Below, piece by piece: positions 1-14,500 of a stretch of DNA of 64,000 nt (position 1 is its first letter; the number at the start of each line of letters is the position of its first letter). This DNA comes from Antedon mediterranea (taxonomy: Eukaryota > Animalia > Echinodermata). A program made the translations under genes and the position numbers. A model generated the notes under the pieces. That model did not search any database. It saw only the letters and a program-made list of their open reading frames with translations, and was not told the origin of the DNA. Location: positions 6,004,201 to 6,068,200 of the forward strand of contig NC_092670.1 of NCBI RefSeq assembly GCF_964355755.1. The letters are read 5' to 3'.

Positions 1-1223
1 GGCCACACAATCCTCTCACACTAACATTCACTTGATGTACCAAACGCTTTCCAACATAAGCATTTAGAATGCACGGAGAAATTAGTGTCCTCGAATGATT
101 CGTGGGCCATTTTAGTTTTAGATGTTTATATTCAACATTTCTTCGCATAGTATAAAATACATGGTTTAAAATTATTCTAGCTCACTATATGTATCATGGT
201 ATAGGCCCGAACTGTTTAAAACTCTAGGTAAGCACAGTCGTATGCCTAAATGAAAAAAATATGTTATGTGAAAAAAAAATTGCTATACTAGACTGTAGAT
301 TATCGCATCCCATCAGTTATCTTGTAAATAGGTTTTGTTCATTAAGTAAATATTTGTACGCAAAGATATTTACCATCTTACCTTACACTAGTTTTCGTTG
401 TAAGAATTGACATCAACAATACTTTTTCATTTGTTAAAAGTAAATATTAGTGTACTGGGAATTACATATATAGTGCTATATGTGTCTAATAATGTTTTGG
501 GGAATTACCGCATCTATACCAGATATAATACATAAGAGGAAAACATGGACACGTTTATTACTATGTATTGGTTTACAAATAAAGCACTAACAATAGTTGT
601 TGTGTAGGTCTTTGTTTAACATGGAACATATTGTTGTGTTATTAAAGTGTATTAACTGCTAGCAGCCAGCAGCTAGTTGAACACAGATATTAAGAAACAG
701 TAAGTAACCAAGTAACCCAATATTGTTATGCAATTAAAAGAATATTATTATGAATTGGTAAAACTGGCATGAAGATATGAAAGCAAAATATTCACTTACT
801 CAATATTCTATGTGTGAAAGTCGCTGGCAAAGGGAAATTAAGTTATTGACTATAGATTACCTTTAATGAAATATATATTCCAAGAAAACACATGATTTAC
901 TTTATATACGGTTACACAGTACATATAATTTCTTAGTCATTGTTATCAACATTAGTTGTTCATTAAAAAGTAAAAGTTTGCTGGTTCACATTGGTGATAT
1001 TACTTTACAGATTTCCTAATAAGTGTCATCAACAACAGCTATTGTTCGTCATTTATAAGTAAATGTTAATCTACTTGGAATTAATTGTTATTTCGTATTG
1101 AGTTGATATATCGTAGCCGGAGACCTTATGAAAGTCAAAACAAAGTAGAAATACCGGTACATATATAATAGGTAACCGTTTATTTTGTTACTATTGTAAT
1201 TCAAAGCTTGTACACAAATTAAT

Positions 1224-1552
1224 TTTTCTTATTTATAGGAATTCCAGCAACATGATGTACAGGAGTTAAATCAGATCCTTTTTTGGGTTATAGACGCTTC
1301 ACTTGTCGGAATTTTAAATCAAAGGATCCATTGTAAACAAAGTATGTATTAATGTTAAGGCTTAAAAAAATATTTATAAAAAAACAGAATTTGTTCAAAA
1401 GACTATCAGCATGCTGATATAATACAGTGGACTGTGGACTAGGAACATTAACATTACATGTCTACAGTGCCAATAGAAAATAAATTGCATACACAGCAGT
1501 TCTCCAATAATAAACTCCTGATAGAAGATGATAATATATCGGACTAGCATGT
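1224..1552 (+). pseudogene. Decayed duplicate of USP40 exon 4 plus flanking intron
   Basis: 1239-1341 reads EFQQHDVQELNQILFWVIDASLVG and matches 35390-35515 but is 23 nt shorter (frameshift). Intron sequence ~1451-1520 matches ~35608-35681, and ~1528-1552 matches ~36547-36567. Confidence 0.88.
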
Positions 1553-2599
1553 GATAGGCATGGGTTCAAGCAAGATGTTTTACTCTCATTACCATGTCCT
1601 TCGGTTAGGACGTACATCCAGGATAGTTCTTGCTAGATATGTAATTGCCCTAATACATTGGTTTTTATTAGCTTATACATAACATATATGTGTTACATCT
1701 GTGTATATATGTTACATTCCAACTAATATTTCGTATACGGTAACTTAACATAATGTATAAAAAGTGAAACTATACAGTTAGGTATTTTAGCGCCATATTT
1801 ACGTTGTTTGGGTCATGGTAATAGTATATTTAAATCATTATATATTAGAGTATCACAATCAGAACATTAATAATTAATTGTAAATAATATAATTATTAAC
1901 TAGTAATATAACAAAAATGTTGTTTGTGATCATCATAATCAGCATATATAAGCAAAACTTGAAGCTTCCAAAATTTCCTCACCACATTTTCAATCGATAT
2001 AAGCATAAGTGAGATTCTCTATGTCCACGCTATCTTAAAGTTTGATTCCAGCTCAAGGAATTTACTTCTGTAATGATCATAACCATAAGCATGTATAATA
2101 CGTTCACAAGTTAGAAAAACAAAAATAATGTAGTAAGAACAAAACCCATTACAAATATGTACTACATAATTATGGTTGGTTAAAATCAAGTATAAATAAC
2201 ATAACAATTATAAGTATTTTACTCAACTGCATAGTTGTAAGTACTGTATATAAAACATACATTTATTATTTATATAATATCAAAGTAAATTGGTATCTGA
2301 GTATAAATGAATTAAATTATCTTCTTCTAAGCCATATTTTAAGAAAGACGACATTTTCATATAGTTGATTAGCGTTCCTACTGTAGTTTGTTCAGACAAA
2401 CTCACAACGTGCCTTTATAATTGAGTCATATTTGTTGACTCAATGTTCTGTTTAGTAATATTTGCAATGTGCAATGTTTCATTGCAGCTTTTTATGTACT
2501 AATTAAAGTTTTGATATCATACAGTAGTTGACATAAAAGAAAATTCACTTGTTTTTAAAGAAAATATAGCCTTTGGAAGACATTTTGATAACGACTTAG

Positions 2600-5500
2600 T
2601 TAACACTTTTCCTTAGTTGGTGTCGGTGGTACCGTCGGACTTCCTGCCAAACTTGATGCAATGAACAAACTTCCAAAGGAATCTATTGTTTAAATAAAAT
2701 TGATATTAGGTATACTTGTAACTGTAGATTGATTTAAGAATGCATAACATGGGCATTCAATATTATGCTTAATTTATATTATCTTAATAACCCTCAATGT
2801 TGTCGAAGTGTTTGATGTTGTAATGATGAATATTTTTTGTTTACCAACTCCAACTCGGGAATATGTTTGTACACGTTGTATATTTAGGCCTATATATTTT
2901 GTTTTAATTTAATTTCATGTTGTGGTGGTTAATTTTATACTATAATATTTGGTGCGAATGGATAAATGAGATATGCAAATTGGCAGGCAGAGAAGTAATT
3001 GTTAGAGTGGTTATTAAGGTAGAGAAGATGGTTGGTGAGTGCCATAGGTCGGTAGAGTGGTTGTCACGACTGATTGAATGTATCTTGGATGGCGAAAGCC
3101 ACACAATTAGGTCTATACAACATGCAGTGAAATGTTGCAAATACACTTCACAACAGAATCATTATTTGGACTACCAAAGTGCGACTCAAAATGTGGTAAA
3201 ACGACAAATGAAATATTTCGGACACATAATTAAGAAGGAGAGGAAAAGGCTGTTGACACTATGAGGAAAAGTAGAAAGAAGTAATCGTGGACATTCCTCT
3301 CTGTGATCATGAACACCGACAATAGACATGATAAGAGGTTAAGCAATGTAATCTTTCTTATTGCATAATTTCTATATACAGTACCTACCTGATGAAATTG
3401 ATTTTGGATCATCAGCGTCATTTGTTGTAGCGGAAGGAGGAAACGGAGTGCAAACAACCTTGTTTTTTATTTGGCCTGGTCGATGATGCCTTAATTAATG
3501 AAAATATCAATAGTTTGCAATCAACGGTTTATGAATGGTTTTCTATCAAGAACGTTTGACAAAAAATATAATACCTACCATTTGTATATTCCAAAAACAC
3601 AAAAAACAATGAAAACTGCAAAAGAGCAAACTGCAATGACTATGAATACAGTAGATGATTGTGTATCATCAGCAGGACTTTCGTCTTCTTTATTAGAATA
3701 AATGGAGACATCTGTAATTTCCATCTGAATAGCAGTTTCAATGCTCTTTTTTTCTTGATCAATCGACGATTTCACAACTTCAGAAGGAATATATTCTAAA
3801 ATAATGTTATTTAATAATGATTAAAAATCGACATTATTACTACTAATAAATAAATAATGATACAAAAAAAAAATGTGTCACTATCTCTCCTACAGTAATT
3901 CCCTCACTCAATTAATTTATTCACAGTAATTTAGCTAGTGTGCTCAATAGCGTTTAGCTTACCATTGATATCAGTATTTCTGCGGGAAATATGTCTGAGC
4001 GATTGCTCTTTGTGTTCAACTCTCTTACGTCTATTGACAGTGTTCTCAGAACATGTTTTAATATAGTCTTTATATTCAACTGCTAGAACGATGTTACTCT
4101 GGTTTTCTTCGGTGTCTTCGATCAGCATTACATTATTGGATGTTGTAATATTGCTATGTAAGCCATTTCTTATGGTAAAACAGAATAGTGTATTAGTAAT
4201 ACTGCTGTGATTTTTTTTTGACCATGTGGAAATATGTGCATATATGCACATTACTTGATCTTGATATACAGGTATGTAAGATCCTCGTGTTATGGTGGAT
4301 TTTAAGAATGATACTAAAGGTGGATTTTATGATCTGTGTTTACATGAATTTTCATTAACTCACTTGTTTACATCTGTCCACAAACAGCAAAGAGCTGCAT
4401 TTGAATTACAGTAGGTATTCACGGCATTCGAAACGCTTGATTGAAATTTTTCTTTTACAGCAATCCACTATGAATTAAAAAAAATAATTGAATATGAATG
4501 AGATTCTAATTTGAAGATTTAGCACTTTTTTGAATCTGTAATAATTATGTTGGAAGTCACAATTTAAAATAGTTAATGATAATTTTAATATGAGATTACT
4601 AATCCATTACCTTTAGAAGACTTTTATTCTTATGACATAGAAATAGACATAACTGTATTGGTCATAAAACATATTAAGAGGTACATTTTTTTCTTCCTCG
4701 GCATAACATAAGATAGAAAATAATAAAGTACATGTAAAATACCTATATATTACAATATTGCAATATTTAAATTACGATATTATTATTACTCTTACGCTTT
4801 ATCCTATCAATTCTGTTTTTTTACATACCTGATTTTGTTGAGTAATTACTACTAATGAAACGGCTTCTTTATAGATTTCGATGGTGTCTATAAGAAAATA
4901 GGCACGTTCATAATTATAAACTACCGTGACTAATTATATCATGATCTATTATCGTGGTCAGCTTAGGACGATAAAGATAAGCCGTTCACATAGCAATTAT
5001 ATCTTGATCCATTTATGCTAATGAGCTGTTTTTTGTGTTTATAAAATCTGCACAAATATAGGCCCTACTTCAAAATCTGGTTGATTCTATCTTAAGAATA
5101 AGTTAGACCTGTTTATATCCGGTGTGGTCCATGATTAAGCTGATCACGTTATTTGATATTGAAGATTCACATACAATATGGCTGGCTTGATCATGAAACT
5201 ATGATTGTAAACCTCCTAATGACATTTGTTATTTGGTGTGGGTCTTTTTTTGTTGGCCATCTTGAATTATGAAAATTCATCGCCGGGTTGATTTAATGTT
5301 CCTACAATTGTCTATAATCGTCGGTAATATCTCTTAACATTATTATAAACAGTACTACTTACTATAAACAGTTGTTGATGATCCAGCCTCTGTTTTCATC
5401 ACTGAGTAAGTTGTTTCGACGGGCTTGTTGGTAAAATTAGGTTCATTAGAAACATATGTTTGATCAGTTTCTAATTTAATCATTGGTTCCGTTGCTACGC

Positions 5501-8500
5501 TGGGTGCAGTAGAATCTTGGTCTTCAGACCTACTGTCTGATTGTGGTGTCGATATCAATGTAGTATCTTGTTTATTATCATTCGTTGTAAATTCATAACT
5601 ATAGCTTCCAACCAGTGTAGTTATTTCTTCTTTTGGAACTAAAGGTTCACTACTCAATGACGTACTATGTTCAGTTTGAATTTGTTTATAGTCTGTGGAT
5701 GTTTGAACGTTGTTTGATACACTAATCTTTCGAGACGTACTTTCATGTGTGGTTGAAAATTGCACTTCTTCAGACACAGACAAAGTTGATTCAATTCCTG
5801 ACAATGTAGGCCTAGTCTTAACATCATCTGTGGTTGCTGTAATGTCCGATGTACTTGATGTTGGCACCGCTGGAGATTTGCTATATTCGTTTGTTGAATC
5901 TGATATGGTAACTCCAATATTGTCTGGAGATGTAGTACTGATTGTAAGTGAATCTGTAGCTCCGTTGGAAGTCAAATGAGTCACTTCAGTTACTGAAAAT
6001 ATATACAAGAAGAACGTCATTATGCAAATATACTGTACTGACAAAAACGTAGTTTAAAGGTTACATTTTGGTAAATTGGTGATTTTACACATTAATAACA
6101 TTATTTGCTAGGGGGAAAATCAGCTGTTGTTGAGTTATTTACGTTTTGTTATAATTATTATAGCATGCTGCTTACCATCCAAAGGTAGATCACACTCATA
6201 TAAACTGGATCCGTTTACAAAAGCGCAAATTTCACCATGTTCGCATTTGCAAACATCAACGCTGAAATTTACAGTTGCAGTAAATCCACACGTGTCTTGC
6301 ATAATGATTTCAAACACTGATTCATGATGTGACATTGAAGTTACAGGTGTCCAACTAAACTCTCCGGACAAAGAAAGTGTTGCATTTTCGTCTCCAGATA
6401 TCTTACTCCATGTCACGTCACAATCTTCTGGATCACTTATGTCGAATGTAAATGTGATTGGCATTTGGTAGATTGCTGGATATGGGTTAGACGTGAAAAT
6501 GGTGGGAGGAACATCATCTATATTTTTAAAGATACGCAAACATCAATAATACACACATCAATAACAAATCAGTTTAACTACGTTTCGTTCATTTATGTTA
6601 GGTATAGTGTATGATGCGATTTCATGTTTTATTTATATTCTAACCTTGGCGAGTTAACCAGCTGTCTACAGACAAGTCTGGTAAACATTGTTGACAACAA
6701 TCCTCTGTATTTACATCAAATTCAGCGTAACAATGTCCATTAATGATACACGAATTATTCTAAAAAGCAACATTATTATAAATTCGATGACACAGAAACG
6801 TCCATATAGTATATAAATTATTTAAGTAGTTAAAGAAAAACTTCCTATTGATAGGCTAAGTGATCTGATTTGTATTTTTCTTTACTCTATCTTTATATTG
6901 ATATTATACTGTAAATACTCAACCTTTAGGTAACATTCTCCTTCCGATGCATTGCATACTTGACAGACAGAATCGTATACAATCAATATTGCCATTTCTT
7001 TACTTTTCAATTCACCATCATTACTAATTGATATCAGATAACCACTCGCCACAACACCTTCTCCTGGTGAGTCTGGTTGAACTGCAGGTTCCGGTAATGG
7101 ACATTTGACTTCTTGATCAGTTCTGAAGATTCCTGATACTATGGAAGTTTCTGGAAGCAATGTTATGCCAATGTCACTCACCTAGTTGAATCAATATTTG
7201 TACAATAGGCTTAAATCACTATTGCGAATATAATAACCTTATTTTATACTGCTTGCTGTAAAAATAAAATAATGCGAAACTTACATTAATGTTTTGAATA
7301 TGACAGGTAATATTTCCTCTTTCATCAAAATTTTCTCCATACACTTTAGCCGATCTACAAGGTCTGCTACGGATATCACAAAGACCATTGCCAAGAACAG
7401 CAAATACTGTTGGTGGTTCAGCGAGTGAGATGGAGCAATCGCTTCCGCCAAAACCTTTGATGCATTCACACGATCCATTTATACATTCTCCATTTTTGTT
7501 GCATTCGTTCACACAGAGTTTGCCTAACATTTCTGTTGGTAGCGCAATAGTTCCATTTTCTGACACTTCCCAGTATTGTGGATTTGTTGTTAGTTCCAAT
7601 TCGCATCTATGTTGTAGTCCTGTCACTGTTTGTTTAGCAATAGTCTCATCATCTGCAACCTAAAAGTAATGCAAAACTGTATACCGTCAAAAATAAATCC
7701 ATTTTGTGAACGAGAGAAAAACATTTACATAAAGTGTTGGAAACTTGGGCATTCACCATTCTCCTGCATTTCCCTTGTTTTTTTTTATTATTTTTGTTTT
7801 AATTTTTTATAAATTATCCAAAACCAAACTGTAACGAACTGTTAATAAATAGAATAGACAAACATCACCAAAATGTCAATAATGCATCCATCAATGATGT
7901 CATCAATAGTGATCGATCCATTATTGATTGCATTCAAACAAACTTCATAAGTAGTCGAGTTCAGCAATGTTTCTGTACAAAGTGTCCTTGTATATGCTTC
8001 TGTCAATCCATTTGGAGTTGGAAATGTTGGAACCTAAAACATGATTAGTACATTATTAGTGTATTTTGATTTGGTAAATTAAGAAACAAAGAAAAAAAAA
8101 GAAAATATACTCAAATACATATACTGTAGGCCTATGATTTAAGCTTTGTTTTTAAATCAAAGCATAAGATGATCATGTCTATATTTAAATAATAAGACAT
8201 TATGAATATAACAAATGCTTGTGTTAATACTTGTGGCTCAAAATCAGGATCCTCGTTGAATTCAGTAAATTCATAATTTCCAGCCAGGTCATCAAGATCT
8301 ATCTCCTCTACTTCTCTCTTTCTTCTTTCTGCATCATTGGTCTCGCCACAGCCTAGCTTATTATTTTTGGCATTAAGTCCATTGCAGTAACCACATTCAA
8401 AACCATTAGCTCCACATGTACATTTACTTTCAATTGGATACGTATCACCATCGTATAGCTTCCCCATAAATATATTTTCATTGTTATTAACTCTGATTGA

Positions 8501-11500
8501 TATAAAACAAATTGCAATAATGATTAATCTTATTATAAACTTCACTACTAAGATTGTATTTTTCCTCCGTCATTCTTTAAGAAATAGGACATTAATAATA
8601 ATTACATTTATAAGGTAACTTACTTCCAACTATCATGGAATTTCGGTGAAACCTCTCCACTGTGAGTAGTCGGTTCGCATTCTGTGTTTCCACATTTATA
8701 ATCAGGATCAGGACCGTAGTGACCATCGTTTGTTATGTTGTTATCAAAGTTACCACACAAACCTTTGACATTCTCAAAATCATCCCAAGATCCGGTTAGA
8801 AATATGTTTATATAATGGCGTCCGTGTTCAGTAATCTTTATGACGGATCCCGTTGGAAGGAAAATCTATGTTATAAATTATATACTATTTTGTTAGAAAT
8901 CAGCAATACTGATACAAATCAAGATTACGTGTAATAGATAATAAAATTAATGTTTTCTTCTGCCTTTCAGTGTCACAAAATACGATTAAATAAACACTAC
9001 AGTATTTTCCACCTACTTTGAATTCTTTATTACTATATCTGAGCTCTGTGCCAGGAGTTCTTTCACCATCTTTTAATATTTCAGCCGTTGACACTTTCGT
9101 ATTATCAGGAGTCCGCACCTCTTTTACTAATCCGTCGTGTGTAGCTTTAAATATTGTGTAAGTGTTACCTGCTTTACATCGATCAACAATTAAGTGAGTA
9201 TGGCCAACTTGAACGGCAACTCCACATGCACACGATACGGTACCACACTTGGCCAAACGAGTTTGAATCTAAGGAAGTAGCTTTGTTTTAGTTTATTATT
9301 TTTATTTTATAACATTGATCTTTAGATGTCGAGTAGTCGTTGGAACTAGTTGAAATCAGTAGGCATATGTATGAGTAATTGATGAATGAAAAATTGTTGA
9401 AAAAATTGAAAAAAAAAACCATTAAAAACAAAATATATAATTGAATGCCTTCAACAGTTGCTAAACAACCATGCTAACATAAAATACAGTGATGTTAACG
9501 AGCAGAATTATACTACACGTGACACACCAAACACGTCAGATGGACTGTCTGTTTCAGGTAAGCCCACTGATAATTTAACCTTACCGTCATAAGTCATTCC
9601 TCACATTCAAAATCTATTCTTTTAATTAACAAACATTTCCTTTTTCTACATTCTATACTACTTTTTCATATTCTACCATATTATATACCTATGTTATATT
9701 TTCGATCTTCTACTACTATATACGATACACTTATAAACATACACTATTGTACAACTCTGCATCGCGCACATCGTACGCACGCATTTCATTCTATTACGCA
9801 CACGCACTAATATCGAACATAGAGTATTTTAAACTAAAACCATACAACAACAAGACATCCACCGGTTCAGTTCAAAACCATTTTAAGGTAAATTTTTAAT
9901 TAATTAATTTCTATCCACTCTACCATTTTCATATAAAGATACCATGGAACCACGTCAGGTCAAGTTCAATATTGAATATCGAAACGTGGCAGGCTATATG
10001 GCGCTTGACCTTTGACAAGATCGCCTAAAATTTATAATTTAAATCTACGATACTTTAGTATTGTATATTCAGGAATAGCCGCTCCATAGTCTCTTTGCTT
10101 TTCTTCCTTATATCTTATTCTTATTAACTCAAAATTATTTTTACTAACAAACATTACTATTTGTATGCCTAGTGTGTAAACATTATTGACATAATTTCAT
10201 AAACATCTTCATGTCGTACAACTACTCGTAACATTTTTTCTCAACTTCCTATCATCTAAAGTCGTAGTTAGTCATGCCTCGGGTCACATTCTATGGTCTC
10301 CATACAGGTAGGCTACTACATCAGTACTTCTATGAATGGATGACTAGCCGGTGACAATAACGCTAGTTGGTCATACACAGTACCGTTTTTGATTTTACGA
10401 TCATTCGGGAAACCACCTCACGACGATTATACAGGCCTAGGAGCCGACATAGATCTCTAGTGGGATCTAACCGTCATAAGTCATTCCTCACATTCAAAAT
10501 CTATTCTTTTAATTAACAAACATTTCCTTTTTCTACATTCTATACTACTTTTTCATATTCTACCATATTATATACCTATGTTATATTTTCGATCTTCTAC
10601 TACTATATACGATACACTTATAAACATACACTATTGTACAACTCTGCATCGCGCACATCGTACGCACGCATTTCATTCTATTACGCACACGCACTAATAT
10701 CAAACATAGAGTATTTTAAACTAAAACCATACAACAACAAGACATCCACCGGTTCAGTTCAAAACCATTTTAAGGTAAATTTTTAATTAATTAATTTCTA
10801 TCCACTCTACCATTTTCATATAAAGATACCATGGAACCACGTCAGGTCAAGTTCAATATTGAATATCGAAACGTGGCAGGCTATATGGCGCTTGACCTTT
10901 GACAAGATCGCCTAAAATTTATAATTTAAATCTACGATACTTTAGTATTGTATATTCAGGAATAGCCGCTCCATAGTCTCTTTGCTTTTCTTCCTTATAT
11001 CTTATTCTTATTAACTCAAAATTATTTTTACTAACAAACATTACTATTTGTATGCCTAGTGTGTAAACATTATTGACATAATTTCATAAACATCTTCATG
11101 TCGTACAACTACTCGTAACATTTTTTCTCAACTTCCTATCATCTAAAGTCGTAGTTAGTCATGCCTCGGGTCACATTCTATGGTCTCCGTACAGGTAGGC
11201 TACTACATCAGTACTTCTATGAATGGATGACTAGCCGGTGACAATAACGCTAGTTGGTCATACACAGTACCGTTTTTGATTTTACGATCATTCGGGAAAC
11301 CACCTCACGACGATTATACAGGCCTAGGAGCCGACATAGATCTCTAGTGGGATCTAACCGTCATAAGTCATTCCTCACATTCAAAATCTATTCTTTTAAT
11401 TAACAAACATTTCCTTTTTCTACATTCTATACTACTTTTTCATATTCTACCATATTATATACCTATGTTATATTTTCGATCTTCTACTACTATATACGAT

Positions 11501-14500
11501 ACACTTATAAACATACACTATTGTACAACTCTGCATCGCGCACATCGTACGCACGCATTTCATTCTATTACGCACACGCACTAATATCGAACATAGAGTA
11601 TTTTAAACTAAAACCATACAACAACAAGACATCCACCGGTTCAGTTCAAAACCATTTTAAGGTAAATTTTTAATTAATTAATTTCTATCCACTCTACCAT
11701 TTTCATATAAAGATACCATGGAACCACGTCAGGTCAAGTTCAATATTGAATATCGAAACGTGGCAGGCTATATGGCGCTTGACCTTTGACAAGATCGCCT
11801 AAAATTTATAATTTAAATCTACGATACTTTAGTATTGTATATTCAGGAATAGCCGCTCCATAGTCTCTTTGCTTTTCTTCCTTATATCTTATTCTTATTA
11901 ACTCAAAATTATTTTTACTAACAAACATTACTATTTGTATGCCTAGTGTGTAAACATTATTGACATAATTTCATAAACATCTTCATGTCGTACAACTACT
12001 CGTAACATTTTTTCTCAACTTCCTATCATCTAAAGTCGTAGTTAGTCATGCCTCGGGTCACATTCTATGGTCTCCGTACAGGTAGGCTACTACATCAGTA
12101 CTTCTATGAATGGATGACTAGCCGGTGACAATAACGCTAGTTGGTCATACACAGTACCGTTTTTGATTTTACGATCATTCGGGAAACCACCTCACGACGA
12201 TTATACAGGCCTAGGAGCCGACATAGATCTCTAGTGGGATCTAACCGTCATAAGTCATTCCTCACATTCAAAATCTATTCTTTTAATTAACAAACATTTC
12301 CTTTTTCTACATTCTATACTACTTTTTCATATTCTACCATATTATATACCTATGTTATATTTTCGATCTTCTACTACTATATACGATACACTTATAAACA
12401 TACACTATTGTACAACTCTGCATCGCGCACATCGTACGCACGCATTTCATTCTATTACGCACACGCACTAATATCGAACATAGAGTATTTTAAACTAAAA
12501 CCATACAACAACAAGACATCCACCGGTTCAGTTCAAAACCATTTTAAGGTAAATTTTTAATTAATTAATTTCTATCCACTCTACCATTTTCATATAAAGA
12601 TACCATGGAACCACGTCAGGTCAAGTTCAATATTGAATATCGAAACGTGGCAGGCTATATGGCGCTTGACCTTTGACAAGATCGCCTAAAATTTATAATT
12701 TAAATCTACGATACTTTAGTATTGTATATTCAGGAATAGCCGCTCCATAGTCTCTTTGCTTTTCTTCCTTATATCTTATTCTTATTAACTCAAAATTATT
12801 TTTACTAACAAACATTACTATTTGTATGCCTAGTGTGTAAACATTATTGACATAATTTCATAAACATCTTCATGTCGTACAACTACTCGTAACATTTTTT
12901 CTCAACTTCCTATCATCTAAAGTCGTAGTTAGTCATGCCTCGGGTCACATTCTATGGTCTCCGTACAGGTAGGCTACTACATCAGTACTTCTATGAATGG
13001 ATGACTAGCCGGTGACAATAACGCTAGTTGGTCATACACAGTACCGTTTTTGATTTTACGATCATTCGGGAAACCACCTCACGACGATTATACAGGCCTA
13101 GGAGCCGACATAGATCTCTAGTGGGATCTAACCGTCATAAGTCATTCCTCACATTCAAAATCTATTCTTTTAATTAACAAACATTTCCTTTTTCTACATT
13201 CTATACTACTTTTTCATATTCTACCATATTATATACCTATGTTATATTTTCGATCTTCTACTACTATATACGATACACTTATAAACATACACTATTGTAC
13301 AACTCTGCATCGCGCACATCGTACGCACGCATTTCATTCTATTACGCACACGCACTAATATCGAACATAGAGTATTTTAAACTAAAACCATACAACAACA
13401 AGACATCCACCGGTTCAGTTCAAAACCATTTTAAGGTAAATTTTTAATTAATTAATTTCTATCCACTCTACCATTTTCATATAAAGATACCATGGAACCA
13501 CGTCAGGTCAAGTTCAATATTGAATATCGAAACGTGGCAGGCTATATGGCGCTTGACCTTTGACAAGATCGCCTAAAATTTATAATTTAAATCTACGATA
13601 CTTTAGTATTGTATATTCAGGAATAGCCGCTCCATAGTCTCTTTGCTTTTCTTCCTTATATCTTATTCTTATTAACTCAAAATTATTTTTACTAACAAAC
13701 ATTACTATTTGTATGCCTAGTGTGTAAACATTATTGACATAATTTCATAAACATCTTCATGTCGTACAACTACTCGTAACATTTTTTCTCAACTTCCTAT
13801 CATCTAAAGTCGTAGTTAGTCATGCCTCGGGTCACATTCTATGGTCTCCGTACAGGTAGGCTACTACATCAGTACTTCTATGAATGGATGACTAGCCGGT
13901 GACAATAACGCTAGTTGGTCATACACAGTACCGTTTTTGATTTTACGATCATTCGGGAAACCACCTCACGACGATTATACAGGCCTAGGAGCCGACATAG
14001 ATCTCTAGTGGGATCTAACCGTCATAAGTCATTCCTCACATTCAAAATCTATTCTTTTAATTAACAAACATTTCCTTTTTCTACATTCTATACTACTTTT
14101 TCATATTCTACCATATTATATACCTATGTTATATTTTCGATCTTCTACTACTATATACGATACACTTATAAACATACACTATTGTACAACTCTGCATCGC
14201 GCACATCGTACGCACGCATTTCATTCTATTACGCACACGCACTAATATCGAACATAGAGTATTTTAAACTAAAACCATACAACAACAAGACATCCACCGG
14301 TTCAGTTCAAAACCATTTTAAGGTAAATTTTTAATTAATTAATTTCTATCCACTCTACCATTTTCATATAAAGATACCATGGAACCACGTCAGGTCAAGT
14401 TCAATATTGAATATCGAAACGTGGCAGGCTATATGGCGCTTGACCTTTGACAAGATCGCCTAAAATTTATAATTTAAATCTACGATACTTTAGTATTGTA

